Source: Patescibacteria group bacterium
GTDB taxonomy: Bacteria > Patescibacteriota > UBA1384 > XYA2-FULL-43-10 > 1-14-0-10-43-13
Assembly (NCBI GenBank): GCA_041649155.1
Contig: JBAZNP010000001.1
Location: 67,581 to 131,580, forward strand
DNA length: 64,000 nucleotides
Direction: 5' to 3'
Shown: in pieces, positions 29,751-40,664 of the stretch
Position numbering within the stretch: position 1 is the first letter of the stretch
How the letters are laid out: each line of letters opens with the position of its first letter
The notes under the pieces: model-generated
What the model saw: the letters and a program-made list of their open reading frames with translations, nothing else
What the model was told of the DNA's origin: nothing
Databases searched by the model: none
Position numbers and translations under genes: made by a program

Positions 29751-29918
29751 TTAGATAAATCTCCGCTCATCGAACATCTCGTCAAACAACTTTACAACCT
29801 CATAACCAACCTGCACCAAGTCATAATCATTGCGAGAATTCTGATGAGTTTGAATTATATCGTTGACAGATTTTGTAAATTCACGGCAAAGACCGTTGTT
29901 CCAGATTTCTTGTTCCAT
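29751..29918 (-). CDS. Small 55-aa hypothetical protein (not in ORF track), divergent from the response regulator
   Basis: RBS AAGGGG; MEQEIWNNGLCREF...FDERRFI*. Confidence 0.5.
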   Translation of the reverse strand: MEQEIWNNGLCREFTKSVNDIIQTHQNSRNDYDLVQVGYEVVKLFDEMFDERRFI

Positions 29919-30101
29919 ATAATAAATACCCCTTGTTATTTAGATTAATTAGATCGGAATGAGAATTTATCATAATCTTAGTTAAGAAAAATTAAATAAA
30001 AGTTAAAGATTTTCTTAAGAAATTATTTACTGTTCTGGATAATTTTGACAAGGAGGAAGGTTAATAATACAATGTTATTGATTAATGATTTGAGGTATTA
30101 A

Positions 30102-30770
30102 ATGAAAATTCTACTAATAGACGATGATGAATCTATAAGAAATTTCCTAAAATCAGCCCTAGAATCCGAATGTTTTGAAGTTGATTTGGCTGAAGACGGA
30201 GAAAAAGGATCTTTTTTGAGTCGGACAAATGATTATGACGTTATCATTTGTGATTATTCTCTCCCCAAGAAAAACGGACAACAGATTTGTGAAGAAATAC
30301 GAAAAGACGAAAAAGACACTCCTATTCTAATGCTGTCGGTAGAAGGAGAATCGCAAATGAAGGCTGATTTGTTGAACATTGGAGCGGATGACTATCTCAC
30401 CAAGCCTTTTTCATTGGAAGAATTGCTGGCCAGAGTCAGGGCGCTTCTTAGAAGACCAAACCAGATTAAAAACGATATTCTTAAAATTGATGATCTAATC
30501 ATTGATACAAAAAAGCACTTGGTAAAGCGGGGTGAAAAAGAAATTTATCTAACAATGAAAGAGTTTATGCTTCTGGAATATCTAATGCGTAGTAGAGGCG
30601 CTGTCCAATCCAGAGCTATAATTCTTGAACATGTTTGGGACATGAATGCAGATTTATTTTCGAACACAATTGAAGCGCATATTTCTAATTTAAGACGCAA
30701 AATAGACACTAAAGGTAAAAATAAACTTATCCACACCATTCCAGGTCGTGGATATAAAATCGATATATAA
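30102..30770 (+). CDS. OmpR/PhoB-family response regulator
   Basis: Receiver domain, GADDYLTKPF, winged helix (IHTIPGRGY). Confidence 0.95.
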   Translation: MKILLIDDDESIRNFLKSALESECFEVDLAEDGEKGSFLSRTNDYDVIICDYSLPKKNGQQICEEIRKDEKDTPILMLSVEGESQMKADLLNIGADDYLTKPFSLEELLARVRALLRRPNQIKNDILKIDDLIIDTKKHLVKRGEKEIYLTMKEFMLLEYLMRSRGAVQSRAIILEHVWDMNADLFSNTIEAHISNLRRKIDTKGKNKLIHTIPGRGYKIDI

Positions 30771-30771
30771 T

Positions 30772-30809
30772 TTAACAATTTCTTAATCTTTTCTTAATAT
30801 TGTTTTAAG
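30772..30809 (+). promoter_or_regulatory. Four TTAA half-sites at 11-bp period, candidate OmpR-type operator
   Basis: TTAA at 30772, 30783, 30794, 30805, upstream of the peptide ORF. Confidence 0.55.
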
Positions 30810-30899
30810 GATAATTTAAAAAACGGGCATTTTAAACTTCATTGAATTCTAGGTCGAAGGATTCTTTCTCTATGCTCGAATAATGTTAAGGAGGGAACC

Positions 30900-31013
30900 A
30901 TGAAAGAAGTTATGGCACAAATGCTTACTGACAAAAGCATGCGGTCAAAGGAAGCTGCAAAAGAAGCTGCTGTAAAATACGCAGCAGAACCATTTACTTA
31001 CTGGGCCTACTAA
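30900..31013 (+). CDS. Putative ComX-like pheromone/RiPP precursor (37 aa)
   Basis: RBS AAGGAGG; MKEVMAQMLTDKSMRSKEAAKEAAVKYAAEPFTYWAY*; single Trp at position -3. Confidence 0.8.
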   Translation: MKEVMAQMLTDKSMRSKEAAKEAAVKYAAEPFTYWAY

Positions 31014-31018
31014 TATGA

Positions 31019-31052
31019 TAAGCAAACAAGGCAACTTTGCCTTGTTTGCTTA
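31019..31052 (+). terminator. Perfect stem-loop after the peptide gene
   Basis: TAAGCAAACAAGGCA-ACTT-TGCCTTGTTTGCTTA. Confidence 0.75.
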
Positions 31053-31063
31053 CTAAAAAAACA

Positions 31064-32440
31064 ATGCTAAAAAATATATTTTATAGACTTATTAAACACA
31101 GACCAGAGAAAAGAGGTGACCAGGTTATATATCTTTTATTATTAATATTCTTAATAATCGCTTTTTCCTGTTTTTCCATAGTATTAGCAAGTAATTTAAT
31201 TGGCCACGGCGGTTCAGTAATACTCTCTCTTACCTTTGTTCTACTAATAATCTCTGCGATTTATGCCTTTCAAGCTGGATATATAAAAATTGTAAATTAT
31301 TTTTTCTTATTTCTAATCCTCTTTGGCTATTACAATATTGTTCATAATTCTGGTGTTGAAAATTTATTTGCCATATTGCTGATGGTCTTCTACATTATCA
31401 TCTCAGCTATAATGTTTAAAAGCAGATCATTCCTCGTCAGCATTCTGGTCCTATTTTTTATTTTCATAACTCAAAGCCGGCTAGAAATTAAGGGTTTAGT
31501 CTCTCCGGATTTAAGCTGGCGCGCTTCGACAACTACCATTTCAGACATAGCTGCAATAAGCGTCATCCTTTCACTAATCATATTTATTTCATGGTTATTT
31601 AACCGTGAAATAAATAGTTATATTCATCAGTTAGAAGAATCTCAAAAGCTGCTCAGAAAAGAAAGAGATCTTTTGGAAATAAGAGTTAAGGAGAGAACAA
31701 AACAATTACAAAAAGAACAATTAGATAGACTGTCTGAGCTGTCGAAATTTGCGGAATTTGGGAGGTTAGCACAAGGACTCTTTCATGATCTTGCTAATCC
31801 GCTGACTGCACTTTCTCTTAATTTAAATCAAATAAAGAAAAAAAAGGATTCTTCTAAGATTAAAGTATATATGCAAGAGACAAATGCAGCAGCAGAGAAT
31901 ATGAAAAAATTGATAGACTCAACTATGATTTATTCTCAAAACAAATTAATCAAAGGATCATTTTCAATTATTGAAGAATTAAAAAATGCGCAATTGATTT
32001 GTAATTATAAATCAAGACAAACAGGAGTAAGTCTACATTTCCAAGATAAAAATGATATTAAATTATTCGGCAATAGAACAAGATTTTCACAATTAATATG
32101 CAACATGGTATTGAATGCTATTGAAGCTTACGAGGAACAAAAATCAAAGATCAACGAAAGTGATGAAAAGGAAATTAGTATTAGTTTTAGTAAGACAGAC
32201 AATGATGTGACAATAATTATAAAAGATAACGCTCTCGGTATGCCGGAAAAAATTAAAGAGAATATTTTCAGACCATTTTATAGCACAAAAAAACATATGG
32301 GAAACTCTGGCATTGGTCTTTCTATGTGCAAGGACATTGTTGAGAGTGATTTTATGGGAAAAATAGAACTAAACAGCCAGCATCATAAGGGTACCGAATT
32401 TATTATTACCATACCATTGGTGGTACAGGAAAAAAATTAA
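31064..32440 (+). CDS. Multi-TM sensor histidine kinase (likely start ATG 31064)
   Basis: About 6 N-terminal TMs, HDLANP H-box, NMVLNAIEA, DNALGM, GIGL. Confidence 0.93.
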   Translation: MLKNIFYRLIKHRPEKRGDQVIYLLLLIFLIIAFSCFSIVLASNLIGHGGSVILSLTFVLLIISAIYAFQAGYIKIVNYFFLFLILFGYYNIVHNSGVENLFAILLMVFYIIISAIMFKSRSFLVSILVLFFIFITQSRLEIKGLVSPDLSWRASTTTISDIAAISVILSLIIFISWLFNREINSYIHQLEESQKLLRKERDLLEIRVKERTKQLQKEQLDRLSELSKFAEFGRLAQGLFHDLANPLTALSLNLNQIKKKKDSSKIKVYMQETNAAAENMKKLIDSTMIYSQNKLIKGSFSIIEELKNAQLICNYKSRQTGVSLHFQDKNDIKLFGNRTRFSQLICNMVLNAIEAYEEQKSKINESDEKEISISFSKTDNDVTIIIKDNALGMPEKIKENIFRPFYSTKKHMGNSGIGLSMCKDIVESDFMGKIELNSQHHKGTEFIITIPLVVQEKN

Positions 32441-32441
32441 A

Positions 32442-34376
32442 ATGTCTGATAGAGGAAATCTTGATCACGCCATTTTAAAGAGCATCAAATTCATAACAGA
32501 ACAGCAAAATCCAGACGGCTCATTTAATAGCTATTCACACAAGGAGTCTAACCCTGCAAAAACAGAGTCATTTGTGACTATTTTTTACACATCGTTGATT
32601 TTATATAGCATATCTCAAATTAAAAATTCAAAGCTTTCAAAAATAAAAGACACGGCTTGTAATTTTTTATTAAGCGAAAAAAATAAGGACGGGACTTATA
32701 ATTATTGGGCAAAGAGTTTTTCAAAATACAAAACCGAATCATGCCCAAATGATCTAGATGATACTTCGTGTGCCTTATCAGCATTGTTTGCATGCGATCA
32801 AAATTTAATAAAAGAGGACGCATTAGCCCAAATTACTCAAGTTCTAATAAACTCAGAATATGAAGAAGGTGGGCCTTATTTTACTTGGATTGTTCCTAAA
32901 AATGCCGACTCAAAATGGAAAGACATCGATCTTGCAGTCAATACAAACATTGGGCTCTTTCTTTCGATGCTTGGAATAACATTACCGAATATTGAAAAAT
33001 TAATCGAAAATGCAATAGAAAAAGAAGAATTTTCTTCAACATACTATCCCAATTATTCAACTTTGTACTTCATTTCAAGATTTTACAAGGGAAAATTAAA
33101 AGAAAAATTAATACAATTTATACAAAAGGAAAACTCCAAGCCTTTTAAAAATTCTCTGGAATGCGTTTTACTTGGAATTTCATTATTAAATTTAGAAGAA
33201 GAACAAGCCAAAGTCCAAAATAATATTGACTATCTATTAAAAAACCAGCAAAAAAATGGTTCTTTTGGTTCTCACGTATTTATCATCGAACGATCATACA
33301 AAAAAGATAAACGGCTTTCAGGATCAGAAGCCTTTACTGCAATATTGGCGATAGAACTAATGACTAAATATCAGGAACCTAAAATAGATAAAAAAAGTGT
33401 GATAAAATATGATAAATTTTCCAACTTAAAAAATTTAGTCGCCAATCATGCTAGCGAATTAATCAAAAGCAGATTTAAAGATGATTTAGCAGATCAATTT
33501 AATATTTTTCTAAAGAAAATTATTAGTTCTGATCATGATGGACAAATTATTATTCACCCATATCTATTCATAAACTCGCTTAAGAAAAGAACTTTTTTAT
33601 TTAAAGAAAATGAAAAAGTTTTACTCGACACAGCAGTTGCCGGAATGTTCGGCTGGCTCTCCTATACAATATTTGACAATAATATCGATGAAAAAAAAGA
33701 TTTAGATAAACTCCCCTTAGCGATAATTTGCAACAGAGAACTGGAAGAATTATTTTGTAAAAACAATCCCGATTTTAAACCAATTTTCCGAATGCTAATA
33801 GACAGAGTAGATTATGCTAATTTTTATGAATTTAAATATGCTCGCCTTGATAATAAGTCGAATTATTCTTTAGAGAAAATTTACCCGAATGTTGAATTTA
33901 TTGCAGAAAAATCCATTGCTCATTGCCTTGGACCATTGTCGATCATGACCAAACTCGGTTTTTCTCCTGAAAGTCAGGAGTTTAAGGATTTGTTCTCTTT
34001 CTACCAAAATTATTTAATTGCAAGACAACTAAACGACGATGCTCATGATTGGGAAGAAGACTTTACGCGAGGACAAATTAATTATGCAGGAGAAATTCTG
34101 CTAAGAGATTTTAAGAAAATAAATAACAGAAAAGCCGATATTTCAAAAGATCTTCTTGAACTGAGAAAATTATTTTGGGACAAGACTATTCTGGAAGTCT
34201 GCAACATAATTAAAAATAAAATTACAGAAGCAAAAGCAAACCTACTTTCGCTTTCTGGGATATTAGATCAAAATTATCTCAAAAACAAGCTAGACGAACT
34301 AGAAAGATCTGCGGAGAAAGCCATCAAAGAAAGACTAAAAACAAAGCAGTTTCTAAATGCTTTAGATTTAGACTAG
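32442..34376 (+). CDS. Fusion of class II terpene cyclase-like domain and class I isoprenoid synthase/ComQ-like domain
   Basis: QW-like repeats QQNPDGSF and QQKNGSF, DxDD (NDLDDT); C-terminal FDNNIDE and RQLNDDAHDWEED. Confidence 0.75.
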   Translation: MSDRGNLDHAILKSIKFITEQQNPDGSFNSYSHKESNPAKTESFVTIFYTSLILYSISQIKNSKLSKIKDTACNFLLSEKNKDGTYNYWAKSFSKYKTESCPNDLDDTSCALSALFACDQNLIKEDALAQITQVLINSEYEEGGPYFTWIVPKNADSKWKDIDLAVNTNIGLFLSMLGITLPNIEKLIENAIEKEEFSSTYYPNYSTLYFISRFYKGKLKEKLIQFIQKENSKPFKNSLECVLLGISLLNLEEEQAKVQNNIDYLLKNQQKNGSFGSHVFIIERSYKKDKRLSGSEAFTAILAIELMTKYQEPKIDKKSVIKYDKFSNLKNLVANHASELIKSRFKDDLADQFNIFLKKIISSDHDGQIIIHPYLFINSLKKRTFLFKENEKVLLDTAVAGMFGWLSYTIFDNNIDEKKDLDKLPLAIICNRELEELFCKNNPDFKPIFRMLIDRVDYANFYEFKYARLDNKSNYSLEKIYPNVEFIAEKSIAHCLGPLSIMTKLGFSPESQEFKDLFSFYQNYLIARQLNDDAHDWEEDFTRGQINYAGEILLRDFKKINNRKADISKDLLELRKLFWDKTILEVCNIIKNKITEAKANLLSLSGILDQNYLKNKLDELERSAEKAIKERLKTKQFLNALDLD

Positions 34377-34516
34377 TCATGTTTTATTGAAATGTTGCTC
34401 AATACAATAAATAGAGCAAAAAAATTTGCTCTATTTATTTAAGCTAAACATTTAATCTGTCCAAGATCATTCTCCCCTCTCGATTGAGGGGAGATGGCTC
34501 GAAGCATGCAGCACAG

Positions 34517-34909
34517 CTATTGAAGCGCATACTGCACGTCGTTTTTAAATATCATTGAGGATTTAGTTATCCCCAAAATGTTGAGCACCCTATATGGCCT
34601 GCTTGAGTTACTACATATGATCACTCCGCGGCAATCATTGTCCATAACCTTACGGATGCATGCCAATATAGTTTTTACCCCTTCACTGTCGATAAAGGAC
34701 AGATCGTTTAAATTAAAAAACCAATCCGATTCCCCATCATTGTTTTCTTCAAAAGCCTGACTCACTACATCACAAACACTGAAATCTACATATCCACATC
34801 CAAAAGTCATCATCTTAATGCCCTCGGAAATATCAGTTATTTTGATCTCAGCCGGTTTTGACTCTGTCTCCGAGTCATTGCTCATCCCGAGTTCCTCCAT
34901 ACTAATCAC
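34517..34909 (-). CDS. STAS-domain anti-sigma-factor antagonist-like protein
   Basis: LSFIDSEG motif, RVLNILG. Confidence 0.75.
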   Translation of the reverse strand: MISMEELGMSNDSETESKPAEIKITDISEGIKMMTFGCGYVDFSVCDVVSQAFEENNDGESDWFFNLNDLSFIDSEGVKTILACIRKVMDNDCRGVIICSNSSRPYRVLNILGITKSSMIFKNDVQYALQ

Positions 34910-35164
34910 TCTTCTCCCCCCCCGTCATGTTTTTGAATTCCCTATGTCAATTAAGACATCAAATTCATGATGACCAAAATCGCCTTCCATTTCACTTGCA
35001 TTTTAAATAAAAAATAACAAAATAAATTTTATATTTTGTTTATTATTACAAAAATACAGTTTCATTCTTGAAAAAAGCAGCTAAAGCCTGATATAATACT
35101 AGATATTGAGCAATATGATATCTCAATTATTAATTAATTTGCGCTAACTAAACAAGGAGACTAA

Positions 35165-36451
<1,287 letters not shown>

Positions 36452-36512
36452 CTTCTTTGTTGTTTTTAATTTAGAAATTATAATTTAAGATTTACGACCA
36501 AAGGGAGTTTGT

Positions 36513-37136
36513 ATGGCTTATTTAGTGCTGGTACGTCACGGACAATCAGAATGGAACCTTTTAAATAAATGGACCGGACATGTTGATGTGGAATTAACAG
36601 AAAGAGGCAAGGAAGAAGCCAAGAAAGCAGCACTTTTGCTGAAAGATATTCCTCTTCACAAGGCTCACACCTCAGATCTTAAGCGGGCGCAAAAAACTCT
36701 TGAGATAATATTGGATGAGTTAAATTCGAAAGATATTGATGTAAAAAAAGATGCCGCCATAAAAGAACGTGACTATGGTGATCTTACAGGTATGGATAAG
36801 GGGGAAGCAAGAAAAAAGTTTGGAGAAGAAAAGTTTATGCTTTACAGAAGAAGCTGGGACGTAGCTCCCCCAAAAGGAGAAAGTCTTAAGGATACTGCTG
36901 ATAGAGCAATTCCATATTATGAAAATCATGTATTAAAGGATCTCAAAAACGGAAATAATGTTATTGTTGCTGCTCATGGAAATACATTACGAGCGATCAT
37001 TAAACATCTTGAAGATGTCGCTGAACACGAAATCCCTAGTTTGGAAATTGGAACAGGTGTTGTTTATGTATATGAAATCGACGAAAAAGGAAAAATTATA
37101 TCTAAAGAAATAAGAGATCACTCAAAAGAGCAATAA
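36513..37136 (+). CDS. gpmA: 2,3-BPG-dependent phosphoglycerate mutase
   Basis: LVRHGQSEWN, ERDYG, AHGN. Confidence 0.95.
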   Translation: MAYLVLVRHGQSEWNLLNKWTGHVDVELTERGKEEAKKAALLLKDIPLHKAHTSDLKRAQKTLEIILDELNSKDIDVKKDAAIKERDYGDLTGMDKGEARKKFGEEKFMLYRRSWDVAPPKGESLKDTADRAIPYYENHVLKDLKNGNNVIVAAHGNTLRAIIKHLEDVAEHEIPSLEIGTGVVYVYEIDEKGKIISKEIRDHSKEQ

Positions 37137-37315
37137 AATTTACAAAACCAGATTTAAAAAATGCTCTCGCTTGAGAGCATTTTTTAAATATTTTTGAATT
37201 ACGAATTGTGAGCCCTTGTCAAATTTCGACGGTTGCAACCCAGATATGACATCGGGGCTAGAAATTTGATGAAGGTGAGCGTAATTTCGTAATTGAAAGT
37301 AATATGTAGATTGAC

Positions 37316-37438
37316 TTATCTTATCTCTTTTTCCTGCCTTACAGGCTCTCCTGCCACATTCTTTTGCCATTTAATAACCCCGAAAACCGCAAATCCAATG
37401 GCCAACAAAGCAATTACGGTAAGAATGGTTTTTTTCAT
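37316..37438 (-). CDS. Small 40-aa single-TM protein (not in ORF track)
   Basis: MKKTILTVIALLAIGFAVFGVIKWQK...; starts just after the prsA stop. Confidence 0.4.
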   Translation of the reverse strand: MKKTILTVIALLAIGFAVFGVIKWQKNVAGEPVRQEKEIR

Positions 37439-37439
37439 A

Positions 37440-38480
37440 CTATTTAATAAACTTGAGAACTAAGCTTTTCTTTTTTAAAGCATCAAGCCAATCACCGAAA
37501 GATTTTTCAATCTCACCCGTTTTTGCTTCCACTTTGATAATATGCCAACCAAATTCACTTCTGACGGGTTCTGATATTTCGCCGACTTTAGTTGAAAAAG
37601 CGGCCGTCGAAAACTCAGATACCATCTCTCCTACTGCGAATGGCTCAAGTGCTCCGCCTTGTTCTGCACTACCAACATCTTCTGAATACTTCTTTGCTGC
37701 CTCGGAAAAATCAAGGCCACCTTTTATCTCGTTCAGATATCCGTCAATCTTGGCTTTTCCCTCGGCAACTTTATCATCAGGCGCATTCTCATCAACACGA
37801 ACCAAAATATGACTGACTGTAACCTTTGCTATTAAATCGTTATCGAGTTTATCTCTTACCATTTGGGTTTTAACTAAGTTCTTGAATTGTTTTAGGTTTA
37901 ACCCATATAAATCAGAAAGAACCTTATCAACTTTTTCCTGACCGCCATTCTGATCGATTATTTCCTGAACTGCAGAATCAACATCTTCCTTGCTTACACT
38001 CGACTTGTTTAAGAAAGCCTGAAATCCGATTAATTTATTCTCGATTAGCTGATCAAGAATTTGCTTGTCAATTTCAGTAAAGTCCACATTGTCCTGCTCG
38101 GTTGCATTATAGAAGTGATGTATGTAATCCTTCTCGTGTAAATAGTCATTGTAAGTTACAAAATCCTGATTAGCTATCGCTACAGGAAATGGTATAATTT
38201 TTGAAACAATTCTTGTAGCTTTATCTTCAGATTTAAACCCATACACTAAAATTCCGAACACGATCTGCACCAAAACAATCAGTATTATCAAGAATAAACA
38301 TATTCTCTGGGTTACTTTAGAAGTTAAAAAAGATTTTACTTTTTCACTCGTAAAAAAGCTTTTAATTGAAACTGTTACCCTAAGAGCAACAGTCTTTGTC
38401 TTAATCCAAAAAGCTTTTATCCAGTTGATAACTTTTCCGTTTCTTAAGAAATTGGTAATGTTTTTCATTTTTTTCTCCAC
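37440..38480 (-). CDS. PrsA/SurA-like parvulin peptidyl-prolyl isomerase
   Basis: TM anchor, SHILV, FSEAAKKYSED, GG.L, FGWHIIKV. Confidence 0.92.
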   Translation of the reverse strand: MEKKMKNITNFLRNGKVINWIKAFWIKTKTVALRVTVSIKSFFTSEKVKSFLTSKVTQRICLFLIILIVLVQIVFGILVYGFKSEDKATRIVSKIIPFPVAIANQDFVTYNDYLHEKDYIHHFYNATEQDNVDFTEIDKQILDQLIENKLIGFQAFLNKSSVSKEDVDSAVQEIIDQNGGQEKVDKVLSDLYGLNLKQFKNLVKTQMVRDKLDNDLIAKVTVSHILVRVDENAPDDKVAEGKAKIDGYLNEIKGGLDFSEAAKKYSEDVGSAEQGGALEPFAVGEMVSEFSTAAFSTKVGEISEPVRSEFGWHIIKVEAKTGEIEKSFGDWLDALKKKSLVLKFIK

Positions 38481-38515
38481 ATAATAAACTCATTATACTA
38501 AACAACCGCAGAAAA

Positions 38516-39082
38516 TCAAATCGCCCCACCCCACGACGAAGATACAAACAGCATTAAAATGATCAATATAGCAATTATAACATATGTAGCCAGTTTGCCA
38601 GAATGCCTAGCTAAAACGGTATATGAAAAGCCGACAAACAAATAACTGACGATCGCTATTATTAAGCTTTTACTCAATGGACTTATTAGAAAATAACTTA
38701 AACCAAGAAATATCTCCAGAATGATAATGCAAAATAAAACTAAATAAATCAATCTTTTGTTGCCAAGAATACCGATCTTTTGTTCAACATAAAGGTAAAC
38801 ATATCCGAAGATCACAAGAAGACCCAACATTATAAGCCAGACTGGAAGGTTATATTGAAAAAGAAAGCCGTAAAATGCATAGGCTGAGGTAAAAGAAAGA
38901 TAGATAAGTAAGAATATTGGCGCTGTTTCCATCAACGCTAAGATTAAAGCAAAAAACCCGAACGATATTATCAATATTTTTGTTGAAGGATTTTGATTAA
39001 GCTGATAAAAAGAAATAACGCCCCACAATATAATGAGACTGAGCAGAAATTTTCGACTTATTTTATTGTACAGGAAAGCCAT
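38516..39082 (-). CDS. Hypothetical polytopic membrane protein
   Basis: Multiple hydrophobic segments. Confidence 0.75.
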   Translation of the reverse strand: MAFLYNKISRKFLLSLIILWGVISFYQLNQNPSTKILIISFGFFALILALMETAPIFLLIYLSFTSAYAFYGFLFQYNLPVWLIMLGLLVIFGYVYLYVEQKIGILGNKRLIYLVLFCIIILEIFLGLSYFLISPLSKSLIIAIVSYLFVGFSYTVLARHSGKLATYVIIAILIILMLFVSSSWGGAI

Positions 39083-39210
39083 TTAGGATCCTGATTACAG
39101 GATAGATATTAATAAGTTAAGTAGCCCTTTAGGGAGCATAAAGATAATGTGCAGCTTATTTTGTGATGGGCTCATGGCTTGCTATAGAACATGATGCTCT
39201 TTATATTCTT

Positions 39211-40608
39211 TTACGAGCTAGCGCTAAAATCATCTCCAATAATTATTGAGATGTCAACACTATCACCGGTGTTGCGAGTTCTTTGGATAACTTTTGTATT
39301 ATATTTTTTCTCCAGGAAACTAATCGCAGACTTATTCGTGCCTCCACTATAATCATAAATTTTAGTTGTCTTAGATTTTTCCTCAGCAGTCTTAACTGTG
39401 ACAACATCAAACTGAGAATTTACTTTGAGTTCTGATGCTATCTTACTGGCCTGACCAGAGATTTTTGATGCATTCAACACTTCAACTTTTAATGCAGTTT
39501 TATTTGACGCATCTTCCGAAAAGATATTTTTAACCATGTCTTTTATCGCATCGAAATTTCCAGTCTTAGGCTTTAAGTAAAAGGTGCCAGAACTGGAATC
39601 GGAAACCAAATAGCTATCGTTTGCACTTGATAAGACTTTTGTAACCATGGTATTTTGATCAATACCGTTTATCATTTCAGCCAAAATTTTTAATTCCGCA
39701 GGAGTAAAATTTGTTCTTAAATGATTGCCGACTATTGTCACTAAATCCAGAACTGTTTTAGGATTAGCTAAAACTCCGGCCTTCAACATTTTATCCCTAA
39801 CCGCAGAAATAACCTGTTGCTGTCGTCTGGATCGGTCAAAATCAGATGTTGTTTCTCTTGAACGGGAGTATTTAAGAGCAAGTTCTCCATCCATATGTTG
39901 CTGCCCTGCTTTTATATACAGGGGGTCATATCCCTTCATTTCCTTATCTGGATAAAGAGGGTCATAAATGGCTTTATCAACATAAATATCGACTCCGCCC
40001 AACTTGTCCACTAATTGTTTGAATCCTTCAAAATCGATCATAACGTGATATTGAACAGGTATGCCCAATACATTAGAAACAGTTTCTCTGGTAAGCTGTG
40101 CACCGGCTATTGAAGCATCATCGACACAGTCAGACTGCTTCTTTTTCTTACAATTATCGCTTAAATAATCCTTGTACCCATAAGCAAAAGCAGCATTTAT
40201 TTTGTCACTTCCATGGTTCTTGATTGGAACATAAAGATCGCGAGGTACTGATATTAATGCCATCTTCTTATTCTTTACGTCAATGCTTGCAACCAATAAC
40301 GAATCAGTTAAAAGCCCACCAGGATGATTGTCACCCCCTCTACCCATTAAGAGAATATTGACGCGACCATCTTCCTCACCATTCAATTTATCACCTTTGA
40401 TCGCACGAACTAACGAGCTACCGCCAATTCCGTTTTCAAAAATCTTTGATCCCGTAGCATATATGTAGGCAAGAAATGAGGCAAGACATATTAGGAGAAT
40501 GCCAAATATGACAAAAAACACTTTCCACCCCTTCTTTTTGTAGAATGGTTTTTTAATGTTAGTACTATTTGGTTTAGGGGAACGTTTAAAAGATTTAATG
40601 AAACTCAT
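39211..40608 (-). CDS. LCP (LytR-CpsA-Psr) protein with LytR_C domain
   Basis: NILLMG, TDS, SVPRD, KINAA, SDFDRSRRQQ, VEVLNA..G.A. Confidence 0.95.
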   Translation of the reverse strand: MSFIKSFKRSPKPNSTNIKKPFYKKKGWKVFFVIFGILLICLASFLAYIYATGSKIFENGIGGSSLVRAIKGDKLNGEEDGRVNILLMGRGGDNHPGGLLTDSLLVASIDVKNKKMALISVPRDLYVPIKNHGSDKINAAFAYGYKDYLSDNCKKKKQSDCVDDASIAGAQLTRETVSNVLGIPVQYHVMIDFEGFKQLVDKLGGVDIYVDKAIYDPLYPDKEMKGYDPLYIKAGQQHMDGELALKYSRSRETTSDFDRSRRQQQVISAVRDKMLKAGVLANPKTVLDLVTIVGNHLRTNFTPAELKILAEMINGIDQNTMVTKVLSSANDSYLVSDSSSGTFYLKPKTGNFDAIKDMVKNIFSEDASNKTALKVEVLNASKISGQASKIASELKVNSQFDVVTVKTAEEKSKTTKIYDYSGGTNKSAISFLEKKYNTKVIQRTRNTGDSVDISIIIGDDFSASS

Positions 40609-40664
40609 TTTTGTTTTTTAGTTATAATTTTCAATAAGTTAATTTTAGCAAAACCTTAATAGGT

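Noticed and set aside
37140-37370. 76-aa minus-strand ORF
   Set aside because: No recognisable features; it overlaps a more plausible 40-aa TM ORF and the hairpin after gpmA.
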